Origin: an uncultured Candidatus Saccharibacteria bacterium
GTDB lineage: Bacteria; Patescibacteriota; Minisyncoccia; Phycocordibacterales; GCA-2401445
DNA length: 64,000 nt
NCBI GenBank assembly: GCA_964436015.1
Contig: CAYTAR010000001.1
Span: 28,321 to 92,320 of the forward strand
Direction of reading: 5' to 3'
Shown here: piece after piece, positions 17,715-26,998 of the stretch
Layout: each line of letters begins with the position of its first letter
Position numbering within the stretch: position 1 is the first letter of the stretch
The notes under the pieces: model-generated
The model's input: the letters and a program-made list of their open reading frames with translations, nothing else
Database searches by the model: none
Told to the model about the DNA's origin: nothing
Translations under genes and position numbers: made by a program

Positions 17715-19979
17715 ATGTATTTAAAATCCCTTGAGTTAAGTGGATTTAAATCCTTTGCAAAAAAGGAGTCCCTTTCTTTTACTGAGTCGGTTACCGCTAT
17801 TGTTGGTCCAAATGGCTCGGGTAAATCAAATACCGCAGAGGCCTTTCGTTTTGTGCTGGGTGAGCAGTCTATTAAGTCTATGCGAGGAAAAAGAGGAGAG
17901 GATTTAATTTGGAGTGGTTCTAAACTGGTTCCTAAAGGAAATAGAGCAAGTGTAAAGGTGGTATTTGATAATGCGAGCCGATTGCTTTCAATTGACCACG
18001 ATGAGGTTTCTTTTGAACGTGTTGTTCACCGAGACGGGGTGAATGAATATTTTATCAATGGATCACCGGTTCGTCTGAAAGATATTTCTGAACTACTTGC
18101 TCATGCAAATATTGGCTCTTCTGGGCATCATATTATCTCGCAAGGAGAGGCCGACAGAATTCTTTCTGTTCAACCAAAGGAGAGAAGGGAAATGATTGAG
18201 GACGCACTTGGTCTTAAGGTGTACCAGTACAAGCGAATTGAAAGCGAAAAGAAGCTTTTAAAAACAAGAGAAAATATTCAATCAGTTCAATCTCTTAGGC
18301 GTGAGATTGCTCCACATATAAAGTTTCTTAAAAAACAGATGGAGAGAATTGAGCGGGTTGCAAAAATGCGAGAAGAGCTTGTGGGGGCATATGCTGAGTA
18401 TCTTAAACGAGAATCAGTGTATTTGTCGTTTGAAAAGAATGCGATTGCACAGAGTCGTGATCCGCTCAAATCTGAACGCTCAATACTTGAGGATCGCATT
18501 ACTCAGACAAAACAACTTATTGAAAAGGACAACCACTCATCTCATGAGTCTGAACAATTGGTTGTAATAGAAACTAAACTCCGAGAGTTGCGTCAGGAAA
18601 AGGAGGTCTACGTTAAGACGATAGGACGCGTAGAAGGTGTAATTGGAGCACTTACGCGAGAGCATGAGCGGAGGATTAAAGAACATGAGTCGAGTGGGGG
18701 AGTCGTTCCGTTTGAAGAGGTTCGTGAGTTTACTGCCTCTCTCCACTTGATAGTTGATGGGGGCTTGGGTGAGACTGACATTGGTAATGTTAAGCGTGCG
18801 CTCGAATCAGTGAAGCATGCAATTTCCACTTTTTTTAAACAACATGAGTGTAGTGCTCATGCGCGCGATATACAGGAATCATTTGAACATGCACGTTCTG
18901 CAGCTGAAGCTGAACGAGCTCATGCTGAAAAAAAACTTGCAGAACTTACTACCACAGAACAAAATCTACTTGCGGAACTTGAATCAGTGAGGCATTCAAT
19001 TGTTAGAACAGAACACGATAGTAGGGACGCTGAACGTTCACTGTTTGAGTCAATGGGTCGCCTGAATGAAATTGCACTCCAATTGAGTGCGCTTTCAAAT
19101 CGAGAGCACATGTACGAGAAGGATGTAAGTGAATTTACTCGTGAATGTGAGGAAGGTGTAGTTTTGGTTGGGCGTTCAATTAAAAACTATGAGCAATTTG
19201 AGGTCGATGTTAATTCTGTTACTGCTGAGGATCGGAGTATTCAACTTGAGCGTAGGAGAAATCTTGAAAAACTTAAAATAAGAATTGAGGATATGGGAGG
19301 TGGAGATTCTGAGGAGATTCAAAAGGAGTACACTGAGGCTGTAGAGCGTGATTCTTTTCTTGAAAAAGAAATTAGTGACCTTGAGCAATCAGCAGAGTCG
19401 CTCACGCAGTTAATTGCTGACTTGGTAGAGAAAATTGAAACGGAGTTTAAGTCAGGCGTGACAAAGATAAATACAGCATTTAATGATTTCTTTACACTCA
19501 TGTTTGGTGGTGGGAAGGCGGGGATCCATGTTGTTGCGCAGAAGAAGAGAGTTCGAAAAAAGAGTGAGATTGAAGAGGTTTTATTAACAGAAGATGATTC
19601 TGAAGAAGAAGAGAAGGATGCTGATGTGGGAATAGATGTTGATGTGTCACTACCACATAAACGAACTAAAGGGCTTATGATGCTCTCAGGTGGTGAACGA
19701 GCATTAACTTCGATTGCGCTTCTTTTCGCTATATCACAAGTAAATCCACCCCCCTTTATTATTCTTGATGAAACTGACGCTGCGCTTGATGAGGCAAACA
19801 GCAGAAAGTATGGAGATATGATTGAAAGTCTTGCGCTTCATTCTCAGCTTATTTTGATTACGCACAACAGGGAAACTATGTCACGCGCACAAGTGCTGTA
19901 TGGGGTAACTATGGGAGGGGATGGCGCCTCAAAGGTTCTTTCGGTACAGTTTGAAGAGGCGGTTGCTGTTGCAAAATAA
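17715..19979 (+). CDS. smc: SMC-family chromosome condensation ATPase (compact, 754 aa; shortened coiled coil/hinge)
   Basis: N-terminal MYLKSLELSGFKSFAKK...AIVGPNGSGKSN (Walker A), C-terminal LSGGERALTSIALLFAI (signature) and FIILDETDAALD (Walker B); scpA/scpB present downstream in window. Confidence 0.8.
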   Translation: MYLKSLELSGFKSFAKKESLSFTESVTAIVGPNGSGKSNTAEAFRFVLGEQSIKSMRGKRGEDLIWSGSKLVPKGNRASVKVVFDNASRLLSIDHDEVSFERVVHRDGVNEYFINGSPVRLKDISELLAHANIGSSGHHIISQGEADRILSVQPKERREMIEDALGLKVYQYKRIESEKKLLKTRENIQSVQSLRREIAPHIKFLKKQMERIERVAKMREELVGAYAEYLKRESVYLSFEKNAIAQSRDPLKSERSILEDRITQTKQLIEKDNHSSHESEQLVVIETKLRELRQEKEVYVKTIGRVEGVIGALTREHERRIKEHESSGGVVPFEEVREFTASLHLIVDGGLGETDIGNVKRALESVKHAISTFFKQHECSAHARDIQESFEHARSAAEAERAHAEKKLAELTTTEQNLLAELESVRHSIVRTEHDSRDAERSLFESMGRLNEIALQLSALSNREHMYEKDVSEFTRECEEGVVLVGRSIKNYEQFEVDVNSVTAEDRSIQLERRRNLEKLKIRIEDMGGGDSEEIQKEYTEAVERDSFLEKEISDLEQSAESLTQLIADLVEKIETEFKSGVTKINTAFNDFFTLMFGGGKAGIHVVAQKKRVRKKSEIEEVLLTEDDSEEEEKDADVGIDVDVSLPHKRTKGLMMLSGGERALTSIALLFAISQVNPPPFIILDETDAALDEANSRKYGDMIESLALHSQLILITHNRETMSRAQVLYGVTMGGDGASKVLSVQFEEAVAVAK

Positions 19980-19982
19980 TCT

Positions 19983-21950
19983 TTATGTAGTAATAGGGGC
20001 AAGTGTGTAATCAATCTGTCTCTCTTCAAGACGGACCGCGGTAACAACAAATGCTACTTGGTCACCTAGTTGAAATTTCTTTTTTCCGGTTTTACCAATA
20101 AGCGCATACTCCTTTTTATCAAAGGTGTAGTAGTCATCTTTCATACTTCTAAGTGAAATCAAACCTTCAGTTTTTGTTGATTCATCCTCCACGTACATAC
20201 CCCATTCAGCCATTCCGCTTATTATGCCAACTCTTCGTTCACCTACGTGTTGTTGCATAAATTCAACTTGCTTGTAACGTATAGATTGGCGTTCTGCGTC
20301 AACTACCTGAAGTTCTCGTTCTGCAATGTGGACACTGAGACGGGGAAGTGTACGTACAAAATCTTTTTGAGGAAGTGTTCTTTCGAGAGCGTGTGCAAGA
20401 AGTCGGTGGACCACTAAATCAGCGTATCTTCTAATAGGTGAGGTGAAGTGGGTGTACGTATCAAACGCAAGTCCAAAATGACCAATATTTTGAGTAGAGT
20501 ATATTGCCTTGCTCATAGTACGGAGAGCTGCGGTACGGATAACTCCAGCTTCTGGTGTTCCATCTACTTTTTTTAAAAGGGAGGTAATATCATCAGCGGA
20601 AACTCGATGTGCTTCTGGAAACGAATACCCAAGCGCTCGCACAAACTGACCAAATGTTTGCATTCGCTCTTTGTGTGGGGCATCATGAACCCGATAGAGG
20701 AAATACAGTGGTATATGAGCTGGATGTTTTTTTGTAAAATCTTCCATGAATTCCGCCACTCTCTTGTTTGCAAGTAGCATGAATTCTTCGACAAGCTTAT
20801 GTGCATCCAGACGAATCTTCTTTTCTATCGACCGAACGCTTCCATCGGGATTGAGATTAAAAGCTACTTCAGAGTCAGCAAAATCAATTGAACCTTGTTT
20901 CGAGCGAGTACGCTGAAGATCTTTTGCAATAATATTGAGCGTGCGTAGGTGTTCATGGTGTTCCTTTTGTGGATCCAAAATAGTTTCTTGTGCTTCCTCA
21001 TATGTAAAGCGGTACATGGAATGAATAATGCTTCTTCCAAACCATTCAGATACAACTTCATTCTTTGTATTGAGCTCAAAAAGTGTTGAAAATGCGAGAC
21101 GGTCAACGTTGGGCTTCAAGCTACACAAGTTGTTTGAAAGTGATTCAGGAAGCATTGGTATTGTTCTGTCTACCAGGTACACAGAAAATGCTCTATTCCT
21201 CGCTTCAAGGTCAAGTGCTGAATTTGGGGTAACAAAGTGTGATACATCGGCAATATGCACGCCAATTTCAGTGTTTCCATTGGGAAGCTTCCTGAATGAA
21301 ATAGCATCATCAAAATCCTTCGCGTTGTAAGGATCAATGGTATACGTAGGAAGTGTGCGAAGGTCTTTTCTAATATGAAGTTCGTGGTTAAGAATGTCAT
21401 TCCACGCGGTTACAAATTCCTCACCCTCGTCTGTCGCAGCAGGAGGAAAATTTGTATCAATTGAGTGCTCAAAGAGAATTGAGTTCATTTCAGTTGCGTG
21501 GTCGTTTTGCTTTCCAAGTGTTTCCTCCACTTCTCCAAAGGGAAGTCCTTGCTTCCATGTTGTAATACGAACGATAACCTTGGTGCCAGACGCGTATGGC
21601 TTTTTTTGATCCAAAAGTGCTATTGGTGCGTACATTCGTTTGCTATCTGCTTTTACCACCATATCCTTTCCTTGTAACGTAACTGTTCCAGCGAATTTCA
21701 TACGCTTACGTTTCTTAATAGACGTTACGTACGCTCCAAGCACTCCTTTGTGAGGAAGTGATACAAGCACCGTGTCGCCGTCGAGTGCAGTGTTAAGGTC
21801 ATTAAAGGCGATAATATACTCTTTTCCATCATGAGTTACGATACCTTCACCACGTCCTAATACGGTAATTATTGATTCAACACCACCTTGTGTACGGAGA
21901 GAGGGTTTTCTTTCTTTTCTGCCACCCCTCTTCTTTTTCATGTATTTCAT
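19983..21950 (-). CDS. rnr: Ribonuclease R (RNB-family 3'-5' exoribonuclease with C-terminal S1 domain)
   Basis: RNB catalytic motifs TIDPYNAKDFDDAIS, HIADVSHFV, C-terminal S1 domain GERRVGIISGMAEWGMYV. Confidence 0.9.
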   Translation of the reverse strand: MKYMKKKRGGRKERKPSLRTQGGVESIITVLGRGEGIVTHDGKEYIIAFNDLNTALDGDTVLVSLPHKGVLGAYVTSIKKRKRMKFAGTVTLQGKDMVVKADSKRMYAPIALLDQKKPYASGTKVIVRITTWKQGLPFGEVEETLGKQNDHATEMNSILFEHSIDTNFPPAATDEGEEFVTAWNDILNHELHIRKDLRTLPTYTIDPYNAKDFDDAISFRKLPNGNTEIGVHIADVSHFVTPNSALDLEARNRAFSVYLVDRTIPMLPESLSNNLCSLKPNVDRLAFSTLFELNTKNEVVSEWFGRSIIHSMYRFTYEEAQETILDPQKEHHEHLRTLNIIAKDLQRTRSKQGSIDFADSEVAFNLNPDGSVRSIEKKIRLDAHKLVEEFMLLANKRVAEFMEDFTKKHPAHIPLYFLYRVHDAPHKERMQTFGQFVRALGYSFPEAHRVSADDITSLLKKVDGTPEAGVIRTAALRTMSKAIYSTQNIGHFGLAFDTYTHFTSPIRRYADLVVHRLLAHALERTLPQKDFVRTLPRLSVHIAERELQVVDAERQSIRYKQVEFMQQHVGERRVGIISGMAEWGMYVEDESTKTEGLISLRSMKDDYYTFDKKEYALIGKTGKKKFQLGDQVAFVVTAVRLEERQIDYTLAPITT

Positions 21951-21993
21951 ATGTATACTCTAGCAGATTCAAACGGTATCCGCATGGGGACTA

Positions 21994-22022
21994 TTGACTG
22001 AAATATAAGTGTTTGTTATTAT
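21994..22022 (+). promoter_or_regulatory. Sigma70-like promoter for rpsP (-35 TTGACT 21994-21999, 17-nt spacer, -10 TATTAT 22017-22022); start codon 8 nt downstream suggests leaderless or near-leaderless transcript
   Basis: Direct reading; divergent from rnr start. Confidence 0.45.
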
Positions 22023-22029
22023 TGCGAGC

Positions 22030-22395
22030 ATGTTAAAAGTCAGATTACAGCGAGTTGGCAGAAAGAATGTACCGGCATTTCGTGTCGTTCTTACTGATTC
22101 ACACAACGGCCCAAAAAGTGGTAAGGTGCTTGAGGTGCTTGGTTTTTACCATGCACAAACAGGTGTATCAGAAATTAATGGAGAGAGAATAAAGCACCAC
22201 ATTTCACTTGGTGCTCAGGTGTCGGACACCATTCATAATATGCTTGTAGAACAAAAGATTATTACAGGCAAAAAGATTAATGTTCTCCCTAGAAAATCTC
22301 CTCTTAAAAAAGATGTTGATGAGTCTGCTACAGAGCAGTCAGCTCCTGCAACAGAAGAAGCTACAAAGCCAGCTGAAGCAGAGGTTGTTGCTTAG
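22030..22395 (+). CDS. rpsP: 30S ribosomal protein S16 with acidic/Ala-rich C-terminal tail (ORF track start 22009)
   Basis: MLKVRLQRVGRKNVPAFRVVLTDSHNGPKSGKVLEVLGFY matches S16 N-terminus. Confidence 0.9.
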   Translation: MLKVRLQRVGRKNVPAFRVVLTDSHNGPKSGKVLEVLGFYHAQTGVSEINGERIKHHISLGAQVSDTIHNMLVEQKIITGKKINVLPRKSPLKKDVDESATEQSAPATEEATKPAEAEVVA

Positions 22396-22492
22396 TGCGA
22401 GGGTATTGACCAAGTAGTAGGTTCTTTCGTAGAATGGTATATGTCGAGCGTGTTGCACGATAATTATTCGTAACTGTAAGTAATAGAAACGT

Positions 22493-22819
22493 ATGGAAAA
22501 AGATATTGAGTTTTTGGATTATGTAGTAAAGGCGTTGGTTGATAATCCAAATGAAGTGAAGCTTAACCGAGTGGTTGATGAGATGGGAGTTTTGATTACT
22601 CTTGATGTGCATCCTGATGACATGGGAAAAATAATTGGACGGTCAGGAAACACTGCAAAAGCTATCAGAACATTACTCCGTGTTGTTGGAATGAAGAATA
22701 ACGCTCGAGTTAATTTAAAGATAAATGAACCAGCAGGAAGCACACGACCAAGTCCTGCTCCTCAGTCACCAGCATCAAAGACTGTAGATGAGGCAATGGA
22801 TGAGCTTAAGCTAGACTAG
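22493..22819 (+). CDS. KH-domain RNA-binding protein (YlqC/UPF0109 family) with Pro/Ser-rich tail
   Basis: KH motif IGRSGNTAKAIRTLL; conserved position between rpsP and trmD. Confidence 0.8.
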   Translation: MEKDIEFLDYVVKALVDNPNEVKLNRVVDEMGVLITLDVHPDDMGKIIGRSGNTAKAIRTLLRVVGMKNNARVNLKINEPAGSTRPSPAPQSPASKTVDEAMDELKLD

Positions 22820-22863
22820 ACCTTATTTGTATAGGCAATAAATCTCAAATATAGACTTAATAC

Positions 22864-22897
22864 AAAAAATGTGGTATGTTCATACCACATTTTTTGT
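22864..22897. terminator. Perfect 15-bp inverted repeat hairpin flanked by A/T runs (attenuator/terminator between KH gene and trmD)
   Basis: aaaaaatgtggtatg ttc ataccacatttttt. Confidence 0.6.
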
Positions 22898-22907
22898 ATA
22901 TATACGT

Positions 22908-23558
22908 ATGATACATTTTCACATCATAACTTTATTTCCGGAAACAGTAACGCCATATCTTGGCGCTTCTATGATGTGGCGCGCTCAGAAAGAAAAAAAG
23001 GTACGTGTATCGGTGTATAATCCTCGTGAGTTTACAAAAAACAAGCATAGAAAAGTAGACGGAAAGCCTTACGGAGGTGGTCCTGGAATGGTAATGTCGG
23101 TGCAACCTATAGTAAGCGCAGTACGTAAAGCGGTTGGAAGGAAGAAGGGTGTTCTTATATTACTAACTTCGCCTCAAGGTGAATTATTTAACAATATTCG
23201 TGCCGAGAAGTATGCATTGCAGTATAAGCATATAGTTATTATTGCGGGACACTATGAAGGGATTGATGCTCGAGTAAAAAAGATTCTTAGAGCAAAAGAG
23301 GTCTCAATTGGAGAATATGTGCTTACGGGAGGTGAGTTACCTGCACTTGTAATACTTGATGCTGTAGTACGCCAAATTCCGGGAGTTCTTGGAAATAGTG
23401 AATCACTTGAAAACCTTAGAGACACTAATGGGGAGTGTTACACTCGTCCAGAAGTGTATGTCCATAATAAAAAGAAGTACCGCGTACCCAAAATACTTCT
23501 TTCGGGAAGGCATAAGGAAATAGAGTTGTGGAGATCAAAAAAGAGTACTAATAACTAA
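22908..23558 (+). CDS. trmD: tRNA (guanine37-N1)-methyltransferase (ORF track start 22869 lies inside the hairpin; ATG 22908 chosen)
   Basis: MIHFHIITLFPE N-terminus, SPOUT motifs GGGPGMVM, IIAGHYEGIDARV, GEYVLTGGELPALV. Confidence 0.9.
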   Translation: MIHFHIITLFPETVTPYLGASMMWRAQKEKKVRVSVYNPREFTKNKHRKVDGKPYGGGPGMVMSVQPIVSAVRKAVGRKKGVLILLTSPQGELFNNIRAEKYALQYKHIVIIAGHYEGIDARVKKILRAKEVSIGEYVLTGGELPALVILDAVVRQIPGVLGNSESLENLRDTNGECYTRPEVYVHNKKKYRVPKILLSGRHKEIELWRSKKSTNN

Positions 23559-23631
23559 TTAAGTACTTTGGCTCAGACACTCATCAAAATACCGCCCTTG
23601 AACATAAAAAGTGTGTTTATCCACAGGGGTA

Positions 23632-23659
23632 TTGACAAGTCTTCAAATATGAGTAAAAT
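23632..23659 (+). promoter_or_regulatory. Sigma70-like promoter of rpoB-rpoC (-35 TTGACA 23632-23637, 16-nt spacer, -10 TAAAAT 23654-23659) followed by ~165-nt leader
   Basis: Direct reading of hexamers and spacing. Confidence 0.5.
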
Positions 23660-23823
23660 TACGCCAACTACACGAGATTGAGTTGCGGGTGTGATGTAGG
23701 TGTTACATTTAATAGCAGTATACGTTGCGACACACTACAAAAAACTACTAAAGGGTGAGTGAGAGGAATCGTTAAGATGCCTCTTTTCTTGTTGTGTGTG
23801 CGACGCTACTTAACAAAATACTC

Positions 23824-26800
23824 ATGGAGAAAAAGTATTTTTCGCGGTATACCAAACCGCTTGTGCCGGTTCCTAATCTGGTTCAAGATCAGATTAAGTC
23901 TTTTGACTGGGTAATAGAGAGTGGTTTAAAAGAAATTTTTAAAGAGTTTTCACCAATAGGTGATTATTCTGGAAAAAAGTTTGAACTATCTTTTGCAAGT
24001 TTTGAAATCGGTGAACCAAAGTTTGACGAGTTCTATGCAAAAGCAAACAAGCTTTCATACGATGCGCCACTAAAAGCGAACATTGTATTACGAAATAAAC
24101 TAAAGGGAACAGAGAAGGAGCAAAAAATCTTCCTCACTGATTTTCCTTTGATGACGAAAAATGGAACATTTGTTATCAACGGCGTTGAGCGAGTGATCGT
24201 ACCGCAACTCATACGATCATTCGGAGTCTCTTTCACTATGCAAGAAGCAAAAGGGAAGCGTCTTTTTGGTGCAAAAATTATTCCATCTCGCGGTGCGTGG
24301 ATAGAGATAGAGTCAGATGCAGATGGAGCTCTCTATGTCAGAATTGATAGAAAGCGTAAGTTTGCACTTACTTCACTTTTACGAGCACTTGGAAGCAAGG
24401 ACGATGCGGCAATCATTGAACTATTTAAGGGAAATGAACTCGCTGTTTCAGCAATACAAAAAACCCTTGAACTAGACCCTGCAAAAACCACCCTTGATGC
24501 GTATATTGAAATTCACAAGAAGCTTCGCGATGGCGATCTCGCAACACCCGAGAATGCACGTGAATTCATTGACTCAATCTTCTCTGAAGAGCGCTACGAT
24601 CTCTCCAACGTAGGGCGCTTCCGTTTTAATAAGCGCTTCAATCTTCCAGTCACTGGAAAAGAAGTAGAGCGACGAACAATTTCACTTGATGATGTTACAA
24701 GAATCGTCAAGCACATTGTAGAGCTTAACAACACACCACACTCCCTCCCTGATGATATTGACCACTTGGGTTCACGACGTGTTCGCTACGTAGGTGAAAT
24801 GATGCAAATGAAGCTTCGTGTTGGTATGTCACACATGAAGAGAAATATTCAGGATAGAATGTCAACGATTGATGTTGATGCTACTCTTCCGGTTCAGTTT
24901 GTAAACCCACGACCGCTCCAAGCACGAATTAAGGAGTTCTATACTACAAACCAATTGTCTCAGTTCATGAACCAAGAGAACATCTTGGCAGAACTTGAGC
25001 ACCTGAGAACTCTTTCGGCACTTGGTCCAGGCGGACTTGAACGAGAACGAGCGGGAATTGAAGTACGTGACGTACACCCAAGCCACTACGGTCGCGTATG
25101 TCCTATTCACACACCTGAAGGTCCAAACATTGGTCTTATTCTAAGACTTTCTACATATGCTCGATTGAATGAATTTGGAATTATTGAAACTCCATACGCA
25201 AAAGTTGAAAATGGTAAAATTACCAATGAGATTGTATACCTAAATGCACTTGAAGAAGAGCAGTATGTTATTGCGCACGCGGCCCTTGAGAAAGATAAGG
25301 ACGGATATATTCTCGGAGATAACATTGAAGTACGAACTAAAGGAAACCGATCAGTAGCTACACGTGATCAGGTTCAGTTTATTGATGTTGCTGCTAATCA
25401 GGCATTTTCAATTGCTACATCAACTATTCCTTTTCTTAACCACGATGATGCAAACCGTGCACTCATGGGTTCAAACATGCAAAAACAAGCTACTCCATGT
25501 ATCATGCCGGAGGCACCACTCGTTGCTACGGGTATAGAAGAGCAAGCGGCTCGAGATATTGGAAGATTAGTTTATTCAGATGAATCAGGAGTGGTAACGT
25601 ATGTTGACGCAAATAAAATCATCGTTACTAATGAGAAGAAAAAAGACACTGAGTACAAATTGATTACATTTACGCGCACAAACGGTTTTACCGCGTATCA
25701 TCACCGACCGGCAGTAACACTTAACCAAAAAGTAAAGAAAGGTGATCTTCTTGCAGATACTTCATCATCTGACAGGGGACAGATTGCCCTTGGACAAAAC
25801 GTCCTTGTGGCATTTATGTCATGGTCAGGAAATAACTATGAGGACGCAATCATTCTTTCTAGTCGTCTAGTAAAGAATAGCAAATTTACTTCAATACACA
25901 TTGATGAGTTCTCAGTGAACGTGCACGACACAAAACTTGGTCCAGAAGTTACTACACACGATATTCCAAATGTCGGAGAATCAAAACTCAAAAACATTGA
26001 TGAAGACGGTATCGTGCGAATCGGTGCGGAAGTTCGTGCGGGAGATATATTGGTTGGTAAAATTACTCCAAAGGGCGAAACACAACTAACCCCAGAAGAG
26101 CGACTCCTTCGTTCCATCTTTGGTGAGAAGGCTCGTGATGTAAAAGACACCTCACTCCGAATGCCTAACGGTAAGGAAGGTAGAATCATTGATGTTAAGG
26201 TATTTTCTCGAGAAAAGGGTGACGAGCTTGAAAGTGGGGTTATTAAGAAAATATACATTCAGGTTGCACAGCTCCGATCTATTAGCGTCGGTGACAAACT
26301 TGCCGGACGACACGGAAACAAAGGTGTTATTTCAAAGATACTTCCAGAAGAAGACATGCCTTACATGAAGGACGGACGACCGGTTGATGTTATCTTAACA
26401 CCACTTGGTGTACCGTCTCGTATGAACTTGGGGCAGATTATGGAAATGCACCTTGGACTTGCTGCACATACGCTTAATTACCAAGCGATAGTTCCAGCAT
26501 TCGAAGGGGCTACAGATTCAGAAATAAAGGATGAACTTGAAAAGTCAGGATATCCGCGTGATGGAAAGATTCAGCTTTTTGATGGAAGAACTGGAGACCC
26601 ATTCAATCAGAAGAGCGCGGTTGGATACATGTACATCCTTAAGCTTCACCACATGGTTGAAGATAAGATTCACATGCGTTCAATTGGTCCATACTCACTT
26701 ATTACACAACAACCACTTGGTGGTAAAGCACAAGGTGGAGGACAGCGCTTCGGAGAAATGGAAGTCTGGGCACTCCTCGGGTATGGCGCAGCGCATACTC

Positions 26801-26997
26801 TTCGTGAAATTCTTACTATCAAGTCTGATGACATTGTAGGACGATCAGCAGCGTTTGATTCAATAGTTCGTGGTGCTCCGATTGATCAGCCAAATATTCC
26901 AGCCTCATTCAACATTCTCCTTAACAATCTTCGTGGTTTAGCATTGGACGTTGAGCTTGTACATCCAAAACCAGCAGAAGTATCACATAAAGCCTAA
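23824..26997 (+). CDS. rpoB: DNA-directed RNA polymerase subunit beta (compact, ~1058 aa; ORF track start 23794)
   Basis: Hallmark motifs FGEKARDVKDTSLRMPNG, GRHGNKGVISKI, MRSIGPYSLITQQPLGGKAQGGGQRFGEMEVWAL. Confidence 0.95.
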   Translation: MEKKYFSRYTKPLVPVPNLVQDQIKSFDWVIESGLKEIFKEFSPIGDYSGKKFELSFASFEIGEPKFDEFYAKANKLSYDAPLKANIVLRNKLKGTEKEQKIFLTDFPLMTKNGTFVINGVERVIVPQLIRSFGVSFTMQEAKGKRLFGAKIIPSRGAWIEIESDADGALYVRIDRKRKFALTSLLRALGSKDDAAIIELFKGNELAVSAIQKTLELDPAKTTLDAYIEIHKKLRDGDLATPENAREFIDSIFSEERYDLSNVGRFRFNKRFNLPVTGKEVERRTISLDDVTRIVKHIVELNNTPHSLPDDIDHLGSRRVRYVGEMMQMKLRVGMSHMKRNIQDRMSTIDVDATLPVQFVNPRPLQARIKEFYTTNQLSQFMNQENILAELEHLRTLSALGPGGLERERAGIEVRDVHPSHYGRVCPIHTPEGPNIGLILRLSTYARLNEFGIIETPYAKVENGKITNEIVYLNALEEEQYVIAHAALEKDKDGYILGDNIEVRTKGNRSVATRDQVQFIDVAANQAFSIATSTIPFLNHDDANRALMGSNMQKQATPCIMPEAPLVATGIEEQAARDIGRLVYSDESGVVTYVDANKIIVTNEKKKDTEYKLITFTRTNGFTAYHHRPAVTLNQKVKKGDLLADTSSSDRGQIALGQNVLVAFMSWSGNNYEDAIILSSRLVKNSKFTSIHIDEFSVNVHDTKLGPEVTTHDIPNVGESKLKNIDEDGIVRIGAEVRAGDILVGKITPKGETQLTPEERLLRSIFGEKARDVKDTSLRMPNGKEGRIIDVKVFSREKGDELESGVIKKIYIQVAQLRSISVGDKLAGRHGNKGVISKILPEEDMPYMKDGRPVDVILTPLGVPSRMNLGQIMEMHLGLAAHTLNYQAIVPAFEGATDSEIKDELEKSGYPRDGKIQLFDGRTGDPFNQKSAVGYMYILKLHHMVEDKIHMRSIGPYSLITQQPLGGKAQGGGQRFGEMEVWALLGYGAAHTLREILTIKSDDIVGRSAAFDSIVRGAPIDQPNIPASFNILLNNLRGLALDVELVHPKPAEVSHKA

Positions 26998-26998
26998 T

